IMG/VR virus record: IMGVR_UViG_3300016467_000246
Location: 1 to 29,920 of that record
Strand: one strand, 5' to 3'
DNA length: 29,920 nucleotides
Origin: a virus
Lineage: Duplodnaviria > Caudoviricetes
In this document: positions 1 to 9,611 of the stretch, piece by piece
Numbering within the stretch: position 1 is the first letter of the stretch
Layout: the number at the start of each line of letters is the position of its first letter
Program-made: the position numbers and the translations under genes
Notes under the pieces: model-generated
What the model saw: the letters and a program-made list of their open reading frames with translations, nothing else
Databases searched by the model: none
Told to the model about the DNA's origin: nothing

Positions 1-42
1 GAAAAAGATCGTTGCGGTTGCGGAGAAAGTTTTAGAGTCTAA
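1..42 (+). CDS. iscA: 3' end of IscA/HesB-family iron-sulfur cluster assembly protein (partial, starts upstream of window)
   Basis: Frame 1 reads EKDRCGCGESFRV* (TAA 40-42). CGCGESF at the extreme C-terminus is the A-type Fe-S carrier signature. Not in the ORF track. Confidence 0.8.
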   Translation, partial: EKDRCGCGESFRV

Positions 43-326
43 AATTTGCCCACGGGTAGTGTAGAACTAGCAGGCATATCCCATATTTTTTTACGCTCAA
101 CACCTTTGCGTTGAGCAAATCGTTTAGTATCGCACGACGAGCAACAATGAAAATAGTTATTGCTCAGTCGTTTTCTATCCATTTGTTTTAAATCTCTTTT
201 GAATATTGTGTCGCAACAGTCACAACGAAACACCGCTATGAGTTTACTACGTTTATAAACGTGTTCTCGACCTAGCTTACTGTGTCTAACATATTGACTT
301 TCAACAAGTTCTGTCATTAGGAACAT
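39..326 (-). CDS. Small basic Cys-rich (putative zinc-binding) hypothetical protein
   Basis: 95-aa ORF with CDCC and CCSSC clusters. A minus-strand TAAATA motif lies 4 nt upstream of the ATG. Confidence 0.7.
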   Translation of the reverse strand: MFLMTELVESQYVRHSKLGREHVYKRSKLIAVFRCDCCDTIFKRDLKQMDRKRLSNNYFHCCSSCDTKRFAQRKGVERKKIWDMPASSTLPVGKF

Positions 327-330
327 TCTG

Positions 331-367
331 TATTTACATTCGGCTTATAGAATTTTGGAACTAAATA
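331..367. promoter_or_regulatory. Back-to-back TAAATA late-promoter-like motifs (minus 331-336, plus 362-367)
   Basis: TAAATA occurs on each strand of the divergent intergenic gap and resembles the T4 late promoter core TATAAATA. Confidence 0.55.
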
Positions 368-398
368 GTAGAGCAACCTTTAATCTTAGGATTCTACT

Positions 399-3300
399 AT
401 GGCAAGAAAAACGATTGACATCGGCGTTGTAGGTAACGACGGTACAGGCGACAGTATTCGCGACTCATTTAGAAAAGTTAATGATAACTTTAGAGAACTT
501 TATGGAGCATTAGGATTAGGTAGTAGACTACGTTTTTCTACCTTAGAAGATGCACCACCGGGCGGCGAAGGCGATAATTATTATCAAGGGTTTGAAAATG
601 CCATTGTTGCTGTAAATCAAAATACAGACGGTCTAGTATTCAAACAACTTGTAGCTGGCACTGGAATTAGCTTAAATTTCGTAAACGAAAACGAAATTAC
701 TATTACTAATACACGTTCAACAATTTCAGCAGATACAAGTCCAAGATTGGGAGGAAATTTACAAGGTCAATCTGGAGGCACACAGTTCAGAATTCAACAG
801 CTGGCTACTCCAATAACTTCCGACGAAGCATCAAATAAAGCCTATACAGACACAAAAATATCCTTAGCAGGTGTTCTTGCTGAAGATCCAGCTGCCGAAG
901 GTCAAATTAACACAGCCTTTGGTACTATGACTGGTCCGCTGATTCTTTCTAGAAATCCGGAACCGGAAGATGACATTACCTATAACGGATTAATTGCAGC
1001 TACAAAAAATTATGTAGACAATGCAGGTTTTGCTTCTGTAGCCAACTTATATGTAGCTACATCGGGTAGCGACGAACGAGTAGGTGTTGGTGCTAGTACT
1101 CAGGGACGTGCATTATCATTTGCCTATAGAACTCTAGAAGCAGCCTTAAAGAAAGCTGAAGAAATCATTCGTGCGGCACCTCCAGAAATTGGTCCGTACA
1201 AGAAAGTTCTAACCTGGACCAATCCCGACGACGGAGCTATCACTGATTGTACGTTAACAGAAATTGATGTTTCCCCAGACAACGGTGCTGGATTCAGCGG
1301 AAGGGTTACACTAACTATCGATGATATTAATCTAGTGTTTGGAGGATTTAACTATCAGGTTGGCGAAATATTAAGAATAAACGTTACTGGTGGGTTGGCA
1401 ATCAACGCTGCTACTATACAGGTATTAACCGTTGCGGCCGAACCTGGTACACCTAACGGCCCAATCTTAACATATAGATTACTAACTGGTGGTAAGTTTG
1501 ATGGTACATTACCCGAAGTAACCAGCACTGTAGACGGAACTGGTGTTGTTGTAACCGCAGGCAGTACCTACGGTACTCAAGGTATTTTTGATATTACTTA
1601 TAAAGTCAGCACAGCAATTATTGAATCTGCTGGTAGCGGCTACAGTCTAGTTTCTGTTCGAGTTACTCCTCAGGTCACTGATACAGAAGCAACTGCAGGT
1701 TTTGGTTTCGCAGATGTTGCAGCAGGAACTATTGCTGGAATTACCATTACAGACGGTGGCGGTGGGTTTACAGAATTTCCTACGCTGGTAGTAAATCTAC
1801 CACGGTTCGCAATTTATACCGCAGGACGTAGAACAGATTTTACTGGAGATGTGACCACAGACAGTGCTGTTGCACGTAGAGGGCGTGATATTCGAGAAGG
1901 TTTGTATCTACAAGGCGAAACATCAGGTGCTCTTGCACAGATTCTTGCACACAGCGGAGAATTAGACACATCAGGAAACGAATTATTTGATGTAGACATC
2001 AAGTACGGAGTATTTGAGCCCGGCGAAACTATTTCATATGGAGATGTGGCCAATAGTAAACATGTGGCAGTCTTTGTTGAAAGTGGTATCTATTACGAAA
2101 ACCTACCCTTAAAGATTCCTCAAAACGTAGCTGTTATTGGAGATGAATTCCGTAGATCTATTATACGTCCAAAGAAAGGAGCTAGTTCAAGCCCGTGGGC
2201 TTTTCAATATTTTAGACGAGATCGAGTCATTGACGGATTGAACACTGCTAAGAACGAAGCGAATGCTGCTAGAGAAGATGTATTTGGATATCATTATCTA
2301 ACAGACGCTAGCCAACCAATCTATCCAGAAGCTAATATTAATAACAAAGGTTTTTATAGATCAGCTGCTGATTTACTATCTCTCAACAAACAATTTATTC
2401 AAGAAGAAGTTATTACATGGATTAACAAACAGATTGTAGAAGAAGTTGCACCATTTGTTGACTTTGAATATAATTCAGATATATGTAAGAGAGATGTTGG
2501 TTTAATTATTGATGCTATGGTCTTTGACCTACGCTATGGTAGTGCTCCAAGAACTATTTCGGCAGCTTTAAAATATAGAGATACAAATAACGCCAGTGCT
2601 CAGTTGGCTATCACTACCCAGTTAAGTCAAACTGTTGCTGCTATTAGAAGATTAGAAATAGTTGCACAGGCGGTTATTAAAAATATTGAAATTGAGAAAA
2701 GCGAATATCTTGCACCAATTACAGGAACACTGATTACCTATGCTGAACCTCAAGTAGTCGATACAGCTTACTCAGCAGAAACCGGAGCAGGTGGAAGTTC
2801 GGTCACTGTTGCTTCTGTTACCAAAGGAACATCAACTACTATTTCTACAAGCACTGCTCATGGATTTACATCTGGCGACACAGTAGTTTTTAGCAACATG
2901 TTAGGTCTAACAGAGCTTAATGGAAATACTTATTGGATCAGTGTCGCTACATCAACATCGTTCAATATCTATACAAACTCTGCATTAACAGCATCCGTAA
3001 ACAGTACCAGCTTTGGAACATACACTGCCAGCAGCGGTACTGTGGTTAACAACGGCGGGGTAATAGGCAGACTAACTGACGCAATCATTGATATCATTTC
3101 AAACAGCGGTTCTGTCAATGAGCCCTTAGACAACGATATGATGGACGTATTCTTGTGTAATGATGCAGTCATTGGTCGTGCTATGACTATTCAGGGTGCA
3201 GGCGGATTTGCAGCAGTATTAGATCCCGAAGGTCAAATTCTTGCTAAATCTCCCTACTTCCAAGAAGGTGCTGTTTTTTCAAAGAGTACAGGCCGTCAGA

Positions 3301-6300
3301 CATTTGCCGGCGGTATGTTTATTGACGGCTTTGCTGGAAACATTCAATTTAGAATTACCAATAAAATTAGTAATACAAGATTACAGGTATCTGATCTAAA
3401 GCGTTTCCCACAATTGCCAGCATCTTTTATTGTTGACGATCAAGTTTATAGAATTAACTATGTTAGAGATTATACCTATACTACATCTGGTAGTACAGCT
3501 ACGTTTGTTCTAGATGAGGTAACACCTTGGCCTTATGATGTCTTTACTTATAACGAAGAAGTTTGCCGAAGAGACGTTGGATTAATCATAGACGGGCTTG
3601 GTTACGATATTGTATTTGGATCTAACTACCATAGTCGTAGAGCTGGCCAGTCTTACAGAGAAGCTAATGCAGAAGTTGTTATCAATGACCAACTAAATTT
3701 AACTATTCAGGCTATTGATCGTGCTCACGATCGTGCAGACCTAACTCTTGCTGCATTATCGCCTGCAAGCAGTTACTCTGCTAGCAGAGCAATTGTAAGT
3801 CAGAGTAAACTTAATCTAAGAAATATTATTCGTAGAGGCATTACAGCTTCTCCAACTCTAAGTATACCAAATCCAACAGGTCTAGCATCTAATAGAGCAA
3901 ATGCCAAAACTTTATTGATTAATAACTTAGAATTTCTAAAACAGGTTGGAACTGGGTATATTACTACAACATATCCTGCCTTGGCATTTAGTGCCCCTGA
4001 CAGTCAGAAAGACATTGAAAGAATTATCGATGCATTATGCTACGACCTAACCTACGGCGGTAACAGCGAAATGCGTAAGTCAGCCTACGCATACTTTAAC
4101 GGTGTAGGTGATGCATTAGTAATTCAATTGCTATCGACTCAACCAGAAGCCTGCGAAAACGCATTGACTACTGTAAAGAATGCTGCAAAGAACGTTATTG
4201 TAAACACCGCAGTAACGCCTACATACGGTGCAACAGCAGCTCAGGTCACAGGATCAGCTAGTGATGCAGCCATCCAGGGTGAGATTGAAACGTTGATGAG
4301 TATTATCATCACAGCGTTGAATACCTATAGAACTACCGGCGGAACCGAAGCAGCAAAACTAGCAGCAGCCGTAGCAACTTTACCTGCAGAAGTATTACCA
4401 GACCTAAGTGCCTATGCCTACGACACAAACAAGAAAACAGCAAGGACTACTCTACAAACTGCTAAAACTACTATACAGACCAATGTTATAGATTTTGTTA
4501 ACGATAATGCCAACGTCTACGAAGTTCTAATGCCTGGTAACAGAAGTATGTTGTCAAACGACTTTACACAGATCTGTGACATGGGCTATGGATTGGTAAC
4601 TAATAACGGTGGACTAGCTGAAGCAGTTTCTATGTTTACCTACTACTGCTATACTTCTTACTTCTCGTTAGGAGGAGGACAAATTCGAAGTGTTGGCGGT
4701 TCGTCAGCTCACGGTGTATATGCTCTAGCAGCTGAAGGTTCAGATCCCCTAGAAGTTCCAACGGCTGTTGACTTATATTATAATCTAGCACAAGGTGCAG
4801 TTGTTTATAATGACGGTGCTGCATATAACAATAGTATTAACGGATTTATTCTTTATGTCACTGACTATACATATCCTCCAAGAGACGGCAGTGAAGTTGA
4901 AATTGATCACGGAGGAACACTTGGTTTAGTGCGATATCCTGTAGTCAGTGCAGTTACTGAACAGGATTTTCCTACAGACTCAACTGGACAAAAACTTTAT
5001 CGATTAAACTTAGACAGTGACGCTGGAGGATTAGTAGCAATAGTTGCGAACGGTACACGAGTGACCCTTAGAGTTAACACTGAAATAGTGTTAACAGGTG
5101 ATGTCGTTGGCGTTGCTGTTCGTCCATCTACTGCTCTAAAGATTAATGAATTATTTGACACACAGCTATATCGTGTTCTTGAATTTGCTGATTACGAACC
5201 ACCAACCAACGAAAACATAACCTGTACTTTTACCACAGGCACTGAAACTCTGGTTAACACTATAGTTGCTCATGGTCAACAGCCTGGCTACATTGTAAGA
5301 TTTAATACCAGCGGGGCGTTGCCAGGAGGAATGATTATCGGAGACGAATACTATGTTCTCGATGATGGTTTCACTACTACAACTTTTAAGATTAGTATAA
5401 CTAAAAGCGGACAACCACTAGAAACTACTTCCAGTGGTTCTGGCAGTCATTATTTTTATGCTTCGGGACTAGCTGCAACGACTCTAAAAGACGGTTACAA
5501 CTATGCTGAAGTAACACTATTACCTAGACAAGAATTTGTTACCTACGGTCCAAGACTTATAGTTCTTGCAGATGAACTTATTGCTGGTGTAAGTTATTAC
5601 ATTGTAAGTTCGGGAACAACATCATGGACTTCAGTTGGAGCAGGTGCTAATACTGTTGGTACTGTGTTCACAGCCACAGGTGCTGGATCTGGTACGGGCA
5701 CTGCGGTTGTTGACAATAGACGTTGCACATTTACTTTTGGCACTGATACAATCACATGTAACAGCCACGGTTTTAACAATGGAGATATTGTTAGGTTTGA
5801 AACCTCGGGTGCATTAGCCAATGGTTTATTTACTACTAGACAATATTTTGTTTATAACGTAGCTGCAAATACTTTCCAAGTGGTGGGATACCCAGGAAGC
5901 ACTACAGTTATAGATTTTTCAGACAACGGATCTGGAATACATGCTGTACACTTAGTCAAAGGTAGAGTAGGAGATTCGGATGTAGCCGTAGTTGAACTAG
6001 GAGGCGTGGATGTAGATCGTATTGCTGGTTCTACGTTTACTTTCAAAGGTAGAGATTATGTTATTACTCAATACGATAGTCCTGCTATCACAGGCGAAAC
6101 CTATGCTAAGATCTATGTCAATACACCATTTGAAGACAGTCTTGTTAATTTTGAAAGTGCAGTAACTCTGTTTGCTGGCGTAGTGGCTAGAACAGAAAAC
6201 TCACAAGGTACACTAACAATTCGTATTTCGTTAACTCGTGTTACATCACATGACCTATTAGAAATTGGTACTGGTTCATATGCCGACACAAACTATCCAA

Positions 6301-9300
6301 ACGAAATTTACGGACCTCCTGTACGTATTGCCACAGAAACATTACTGGACACAACTGGTGAAGTTGAATACGCACAGATTGTAGAACGCGGCGAAGGACG
6401 TTGTTTCTTTGTAACCACAGACCAGTTTGGTAACTTCTCAGTCGGACCATTCTTCCGAGTTGACCAAGGTACTGGTACTGTTACATTCTCTGCTTCATTG
6501 GCCCTGAGTAATTTGAGCGGTTTGGGATTCAAACGCGGTGTTCCAATTGCTGAATTCTCTACTGATACAAGTTTCTCAGATAATGCCACAGACACTGTGC
6601 CAACAGAAAACGCAGCCCGAGGATATATCGATCGAAGACTAGGAGTAAGTCACGGTGGCGACACTATTGATTCGGGTCGTTTAATACCTGCTACTACAGG
6701 TGGATTTATGGCTCTAACTGGGCAGTTAGCCATGAAGGGCAATATGAATATGGATAATTACCGTATTCGAAATGTTTCAGATCCTGTAGACGACTTAGAT
6801 GCTGTTAACAAGAGAAGTTTAAAATTCTCAAGTTTAACTGACTTTGACTTTGGCGGTGTTAAATCAGGAACTATTATTGGATTTACTGGAGACGGAACAC
6901 TAGCTCGTGCATTCGAAGTTAGCGGTGATGTGTTTGTTCCTGAAGACGGAATTACCACAGGTGTTGATTCAACACAAAATATTCTTAACATCTATATCAA
7001 ACCCGGACAACTAGATAACGCAGATATTAATGCTAGTGCGGCGATTGCTCAAAGTAAGTTGGCCATGACTGCTGCCAGCACCAGAGCCAGTGCCGCAGGT
7101 ATTAGTCAAGCAGACAGGGGTCTTGTAAGTTTTAATAGTGCTGAATTTACATTAACCAACGGATGGGCAGAACTCAAAACTAACGGTACTGCTCTAACAA
7201 AGATTGCTCAAATTGCCAGTGACACCGTACTTGGCAATTCAACTGGTAGCACAGGCGATGTAACCGCTGTTGCATTTTCAACAGTTATAGACGAAGGTCT
7301 AGCTATTAAGAAGAGCCAATATTCGTCGGTTGGTTTCTTAAGAAGAACTGGTACTACTACATTTAGCAGCGACGGCGACTATAGTGTTGTAGAAGCCGTT
7401 AGTCCTTATACTGGATTTACTGATACCGGTGCTAACAACAGACTGGTGATTAGAGACAGCAGCGGAGACTTTGGAGGTCGAGATGTTTACGCTAGCCGAT
7501 CATTCTATGTTGGTACAAGTGCTAGTGCTAACAAAAAATTCTCCGATACTTCTGTATCAGCAACAGGCGGTACTGTTAACGTTTATGGATTTAGTGGAAC
7601 ACTCGGTATTGCGATAGGTGATGGATCTTTATCTAGCGATAAAGTTTCTACATACAGAAACAATAGTCATAGATTCCGTTTAAATGACGATAGTGCATTT
7701 GCATCTGTTCAGGCTAGTTCTATTACCGCTGATACATTTACTACAGGTGGTGCGAGTACGGCTGGTACATTAACCGGCAATTTTAGTCTAAGCACAACAA
7801 GTAACCTAACATTAGGTACCGGTACAATCAATGCTAGTGCTGGTACACTACAATCAACAACACTAACTACAGGTGCTGTAGGTACTGCAGGAACTATTAC
7901 AGGAGCTTGGAGTTTAAACACTACCAGTAAGATCGTAGGTCAAACAGGTAGTGAAATTGATTTTAGTATTGGAACAATCAAGTCTAGAACATTTACTACA
8001 GGTAGTGCTGTAACCACAGGTACCCTAACTGGTAACTGGAGTTTATCATCTGGCAGTAAAATTGATTTTACCAACGGTACACTACAATCAACTACCTTAA
8101 CTACAGGCAATGCTGCCACAGCAGGTAGCATTGTCGGAACATGGACTGTAGGTGCTGGCAGCTCAATTAATACTGGAGGTAGTTCACTAACAACCACAGC
8201 TATTACCACAGGAGGTCCGGCAATCGCTGGTACTATTGAAGGTGACTGGAGTATGTTAACTTCAAGTAACCTTACATGGGGTACTGGATACCTAGACATG
8301 AGGAATGGTACATTCTACACAGATACCATTACTACAGGTAGTGCATCCACTACAGGAACTATCACAGGAAGTTGGAGTTTAGTAGGCACCAGTGACGTAA
8401 CATGGGGTACTGGATTCTTAGATATTAGAACTGGTACACTATACAGTGATACGCTAACTACTGGTGCTACCGGTACTGCTGGAGAAATTGTAGGAACTTG
8501 GACTATTGGTTCGGGTAGTTCATTTACAGCAACAGGTATTACTGGACAGGCAAACTCCGCAACAATTACAGCCACTAATGCTAATACCGCTAACCAAATT
8601 GTTCTACGTGATGGCAGTGGAAACTTTGCAGCTGGCACAATCACAGCAGCATTAAGTGGTAATGCTGCAACTGCTTCTAAATGGGCTACAGCTAGAACAA
8701 TTACATTAGGCGGAGACCTAAGTGGTAGTGTTAGCCTAGACGGTAGCGGAGACGTAACTTTAACTGCAACTGTCGCTGGAAATACCGTAGCACTAGGTAC
8801 AGATACCACAGGTAACTATGTTGCAAGCATTACTAACGGTTCATACATCACTGGCGGCGACGGTGGTAGTGAAGGTGCTGGATTAACCATAGCGGTTGAT
8901 GCTACCAGTGCTAATACTGCTAATAAGGTAGTTGCTCGAAATGCCAGCGGAAACTTTAGTGCTGGTACTATTACTGCAACCTTTAGCGGTAATCTTACAG
9001 GTGATGTCACAGGTAATGTCACAGGTAATGTAAGTGGTAGCTCAGGTAGTTGTACTGGAAATTCAGCAACCGCCACATATGCAACATCTGCAGGAAGTAT
9101 CACAAGTCAGGCAAACTCTGCGACAATTACAGCTACCAGCAATAATACTGCCAATCAAATTGTTCTGCGTGACGGAAGCGGTAACTTCAGTGCTGGTGTT
9201 ATGACTGGTACTGCTACCGCAGCTCGCTATGCTGACTTGGCAGAACGCTATGCTACCGACAAAGAATACGAAGTTGGTACTGTGGTTGTGTTTGGTGGCG

Positions 9301-9611
9301 AAAAAGAAATCACAGTCAGTAACATTAGAATGGATACCAGAGTAGCAGGTGTTATATCTGCAAATCCTGCTTATATGATGAACTGCGAAGCAGGATCAGA
9401 TGCTACACATCCATATGTTGCATTGACTGGTCGTGTGCCGTGTAGAGTCGTAGGAAAAATTAAGAAAGGTGACATATTGGTATGCAGCGGCATTCCAGGT
9501 GTTGCTATTGCAACAGATAATCCAAGGATAGGATCTATGATAGGAAAAGCACTTGAGGACTATGACTCAGATCACATAGGCACTATTGAAATCGTAGTAG
9601 GGAGAGCATAA
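399..9611 (+). CDS. Giant virion structural / tail-fibre protein (3070 aa) with beta-helix-like segments, Thr/Gly repeats and C-terminal autocleaving chaperone-like domain
   Basis: N-terminal IDIGVVGNDGTGDSIRDSFRKVNDNFRELY (T4 gp9/gp10-like motif); pectin-lyase-like segments (VESGIYYENLPLKIPQNVAVIGDEFRRSIIRP); TTG repeats; C-terminal ADLAERY...VAGVISANPAYMMN...VALTGRVPCRV...IGKALE (Peptidase_G2/IMC-like). Confidence 0.8.
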   Translation: MARKTIDIGVVGNDGTGDSIRDSFRKVNDNFRELYGALGLGSRLRFSTLEDAPPGGEGDNYYQGFENAIVAVNQNTDGLVFKQLVAGTGISLNFVNENEITITNTRSTISADTSPRLGGNLQGQSGGTQFRIQQLATPITSDEASNKAYTDTKISLAGVLAEDPAAEGQINTAFGTMTGPLILSRNPEPEDDITYNGLIAATKNYVDNAGFASVANLYVATSGSDERVGVGASTQGRALSFAYRTLEAALKKAEEIIRAAPPEIGPYKKVLTWTNPDDGAITDCTLTEIDVSPDNGAGFSGRVTLTIDDINLVFGGFNYQVGEILRINVTGGLAINAATIQVLTVAAEPGTPNGPILTYRLLTGGKFDGTLPEVTSTVDGTGVVVTAGSTYGTQGIFDITYKVSTAIIESAGSGYSLVSVRVTPQVTDTEATAGFGFADVAAGTIAGITITDGGGGFTEFPTLVVNLPRFAIYTAGRRTDFTGDVTTDSAVARRGRDIREGLYLQGETSGALAQILAHSGELDTSGNELFDVDIKYGVFEPGETISYGDVANSKHVAVFVESGIYYENLPLKIPQNVAVIGDEFRRSIIRPKKGASSSPWAFQYFRRDRVIDGLNTAKNEANAAREDVFGYHYLTDASQPIYPEANINNKGFYRSAADLLSLNKQFIQEEVITWINKQIVEEVAPFVDFEYNSDICKRDVGLIIDAMVFDLRYGSAPRTISAALKYRDTNNASAQLAITTQLSQTVAAIRRLEIVAQAVIKNIEIEKSEYLAPITGTLITYAEPQVVDTAYSAETGAGGSSVTVASVTKGTSTTISTSTAHGFTSGDTVVFSNMLGLTELNGNTYWISVATSTSFNIYTNSALTASVNSTSFGTYTASSGTVVNNGGVIGRLTDAIIDIISNSGSVNEPLDNDMMDVFLCNDAVIGRAMTIQGAGGFAAVLDPEGQILAKSPYFQEGAVFSKSTGRQTFAGGMFIDGFAGNIQFRITNKISNTRLQVSDLKRFPQLPASFIVDDQVYRINYVRDYTYTTSGSTATFVLDEVTPWPYDVFTYNEEVCRRDVGLIIDGLGYDIVFGSNYHSRRAGQSYREANAEVVINDQLNLTIQAIDRAHDRADLTLAALSPASSYSASRAIVSQSKLNLRNIIRRGITASPTLSIPNPTGLASNRANAKTLLINNLEFLKQVGTGYITTTYPALAFSAPDSQKDIERIIDALCYDLTYGGNSEMRKSAYAYFNGVGDALVIQLLSTQPEACENALTTVKNAAKNVIVNTAVTPTYGATAAQVTGSASDAAIQGEIETLMSIIITALNTYRTTGGTEAAKLAAAVATLPAEVLPDLSAYAYDTNKKTARTTLQTAKTTIQTNVIDFVNDNANVYEVLMPGNRSMLSNDFTQICDMGYGLVTNNGGLAEAVSMFTYYCYTSYFSLGGGQIRSVGGSSAHGVYALAAEGSDPLEVPTAVDLYYNLAQGAVVYNDGAAYNNSINGFILYVTDYTYPPRDGSEVEIDHGGTLGLVRYPVVSAVTEQDFPTDSTGQKLYRLNLDSDAGGLVAIVANGTRVTLRVNTEIVLTGDVVGVAVRPSTALKINELFDTQLYRVLEFADYEPPTNENITCTFTTGTETLVNTIVAHGQQPGYIVRFNTSGALPGGMIIGDEYYVLDDGFTTTTFKISITKSGQPLETTSSGSGSHYFYASGLAATTLKDGYNYAEVTLLPRQEFVTYGPRLIVLADELIAGVSYYIVSSGTTSWTSVGAGANTVGTVFTATGAGSGTGTAVVDNRRCTFTFGTDTITCNSHGFNNGDIVRFETSGALANGLFTTRQYFVYNVAANTFQVVGYPGSTTVIDFSDNGSGIHAVHLVKGRVGDSDVAVVELGGVDVDRIAGSTFTFKGRDYVITQYDSPAITGETYAKIYVNTPFEDSLVNFESAVTLFAGVVARTENSQGTLTIRISLTRVTSHDLLEIGTGSYADTNYPNEIYGPPVRIATETLLDTTGEVEYAQIVERGEGRCFFVTTDQFGNFSVGPFFRVDQGTGTVTFSASLALSNLSGLGFKRGVPIAEFSTDTSFSDNATDTVPTENAARGYIDRRLGVSHGGDTIDSGRLIPATTGGFMALTGQLAMKGNMNMDNYRIRNVSDPVDDLDAVNKRSLKFSSLTDFDFGGVKSGTIIGFTGDGTLARAFEVSGDVFVPEDGITTGVDSTQNILNIYIKPGQLDNADINASAAIAQSKLAMTAASTRASAAGISQADRGLVSFNSAEFTLTNGWAELKTNGTALTKIAQIASDTVLGNSTGSTGDVTAVAFSTVIDEGLAIKKSQYSSVGFLRRTGTTTFSSDGDYSVVEAVSPYTGFTDTGANNRLVIRDSSGDFGGRDVYASRSFYVGTSASANKKFSDTSVSATGGTVNVYGFSGTLGIAIGDGSLSSDKVSTYRNNSHRFRLNDDSAFASVQASSITADTFTTGGASTAGTLTGNFSLSTTSNLTLGTGTINASAGTLQSTTLTTGAVGTAGTITGAWSLNTTSKIVGQTGSEIDFSIGTIKSRTFTTGSAVTTGTLTGNWSLSSGSKIDFTNGTLQSTTLTTGNAATAGSIVGTWTVGAGSSINTGGSSLTTTAITTGGPAIAGTIEGDWSMLTSSNLTWGTGYLDMRNGTFYTDTITTGSASTTGTITGSWSLVGTSDVTWGTGFLDIRTGTLYSDTLTTGATGTAGEIVGTWTIGSGSSFTATGITGQANSATITATNANTANQIVLRDGSGNFAAGTITAALSGNAATASKWATARTITLGGDLSGSVSLDGSGDVTLTATVAGNTVALGTDTTGNYVASITNGSYITGGDGGSEGAGLTIAVDATSANTANKVVARNASGNFSAGTITATFSGNLTGDVTGNVTGNVSGSSGSCTGNSATATYATSAGSITSQANSATITATSNNTANQIVLRDGSGNFSAGVMTGTATAARYADLAERYATDKEYEVGTVVVFGGEKEITVSNIRMDTRVAGVISANPAYMMNCEAGSDATHPYVALTGRVPCRVVGKIKKGDILVCSGIPGVAIATDNPRIGSMIGKALEDYDSDHIGTIEIVVGRA
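7731..8530 (+). repeat. Seven degenerate ~35-43 aa repeats (xTxTTGxxxxxGxIxGxWS/T) in the giant protein
   Basis: Examples: TLTTGAVGTAGTITGAWSL, TFTTGSAVTTGTLTGNWSL, TITTGSASTTGTITGSWSL, TLTTGATGTAGEIVGTWTI. Confidence 0.85.
8545..9200 (+). repeat. Repeated ANTANxIVxRDxSGNFxAG module (3 copies) plus short 12-bp tandem (GDVTGNVTGNVSG)
   Basis: QANSATITAT..NTANQIVLRDGSGNF at ~8548 and ~9108, a third variant at ~8900, and the gtcacaggtaat tandem at ~9006-9030. Confidence 0.85.

Noticed and set aside
8545-9200. Repeat pair as a diversity-generating retroelement TR/VR
   Set aside because: Differences are mostly synonymous and not adenine-specific, both copies are in-frame coding, and no reverse transcriptase is in the window.
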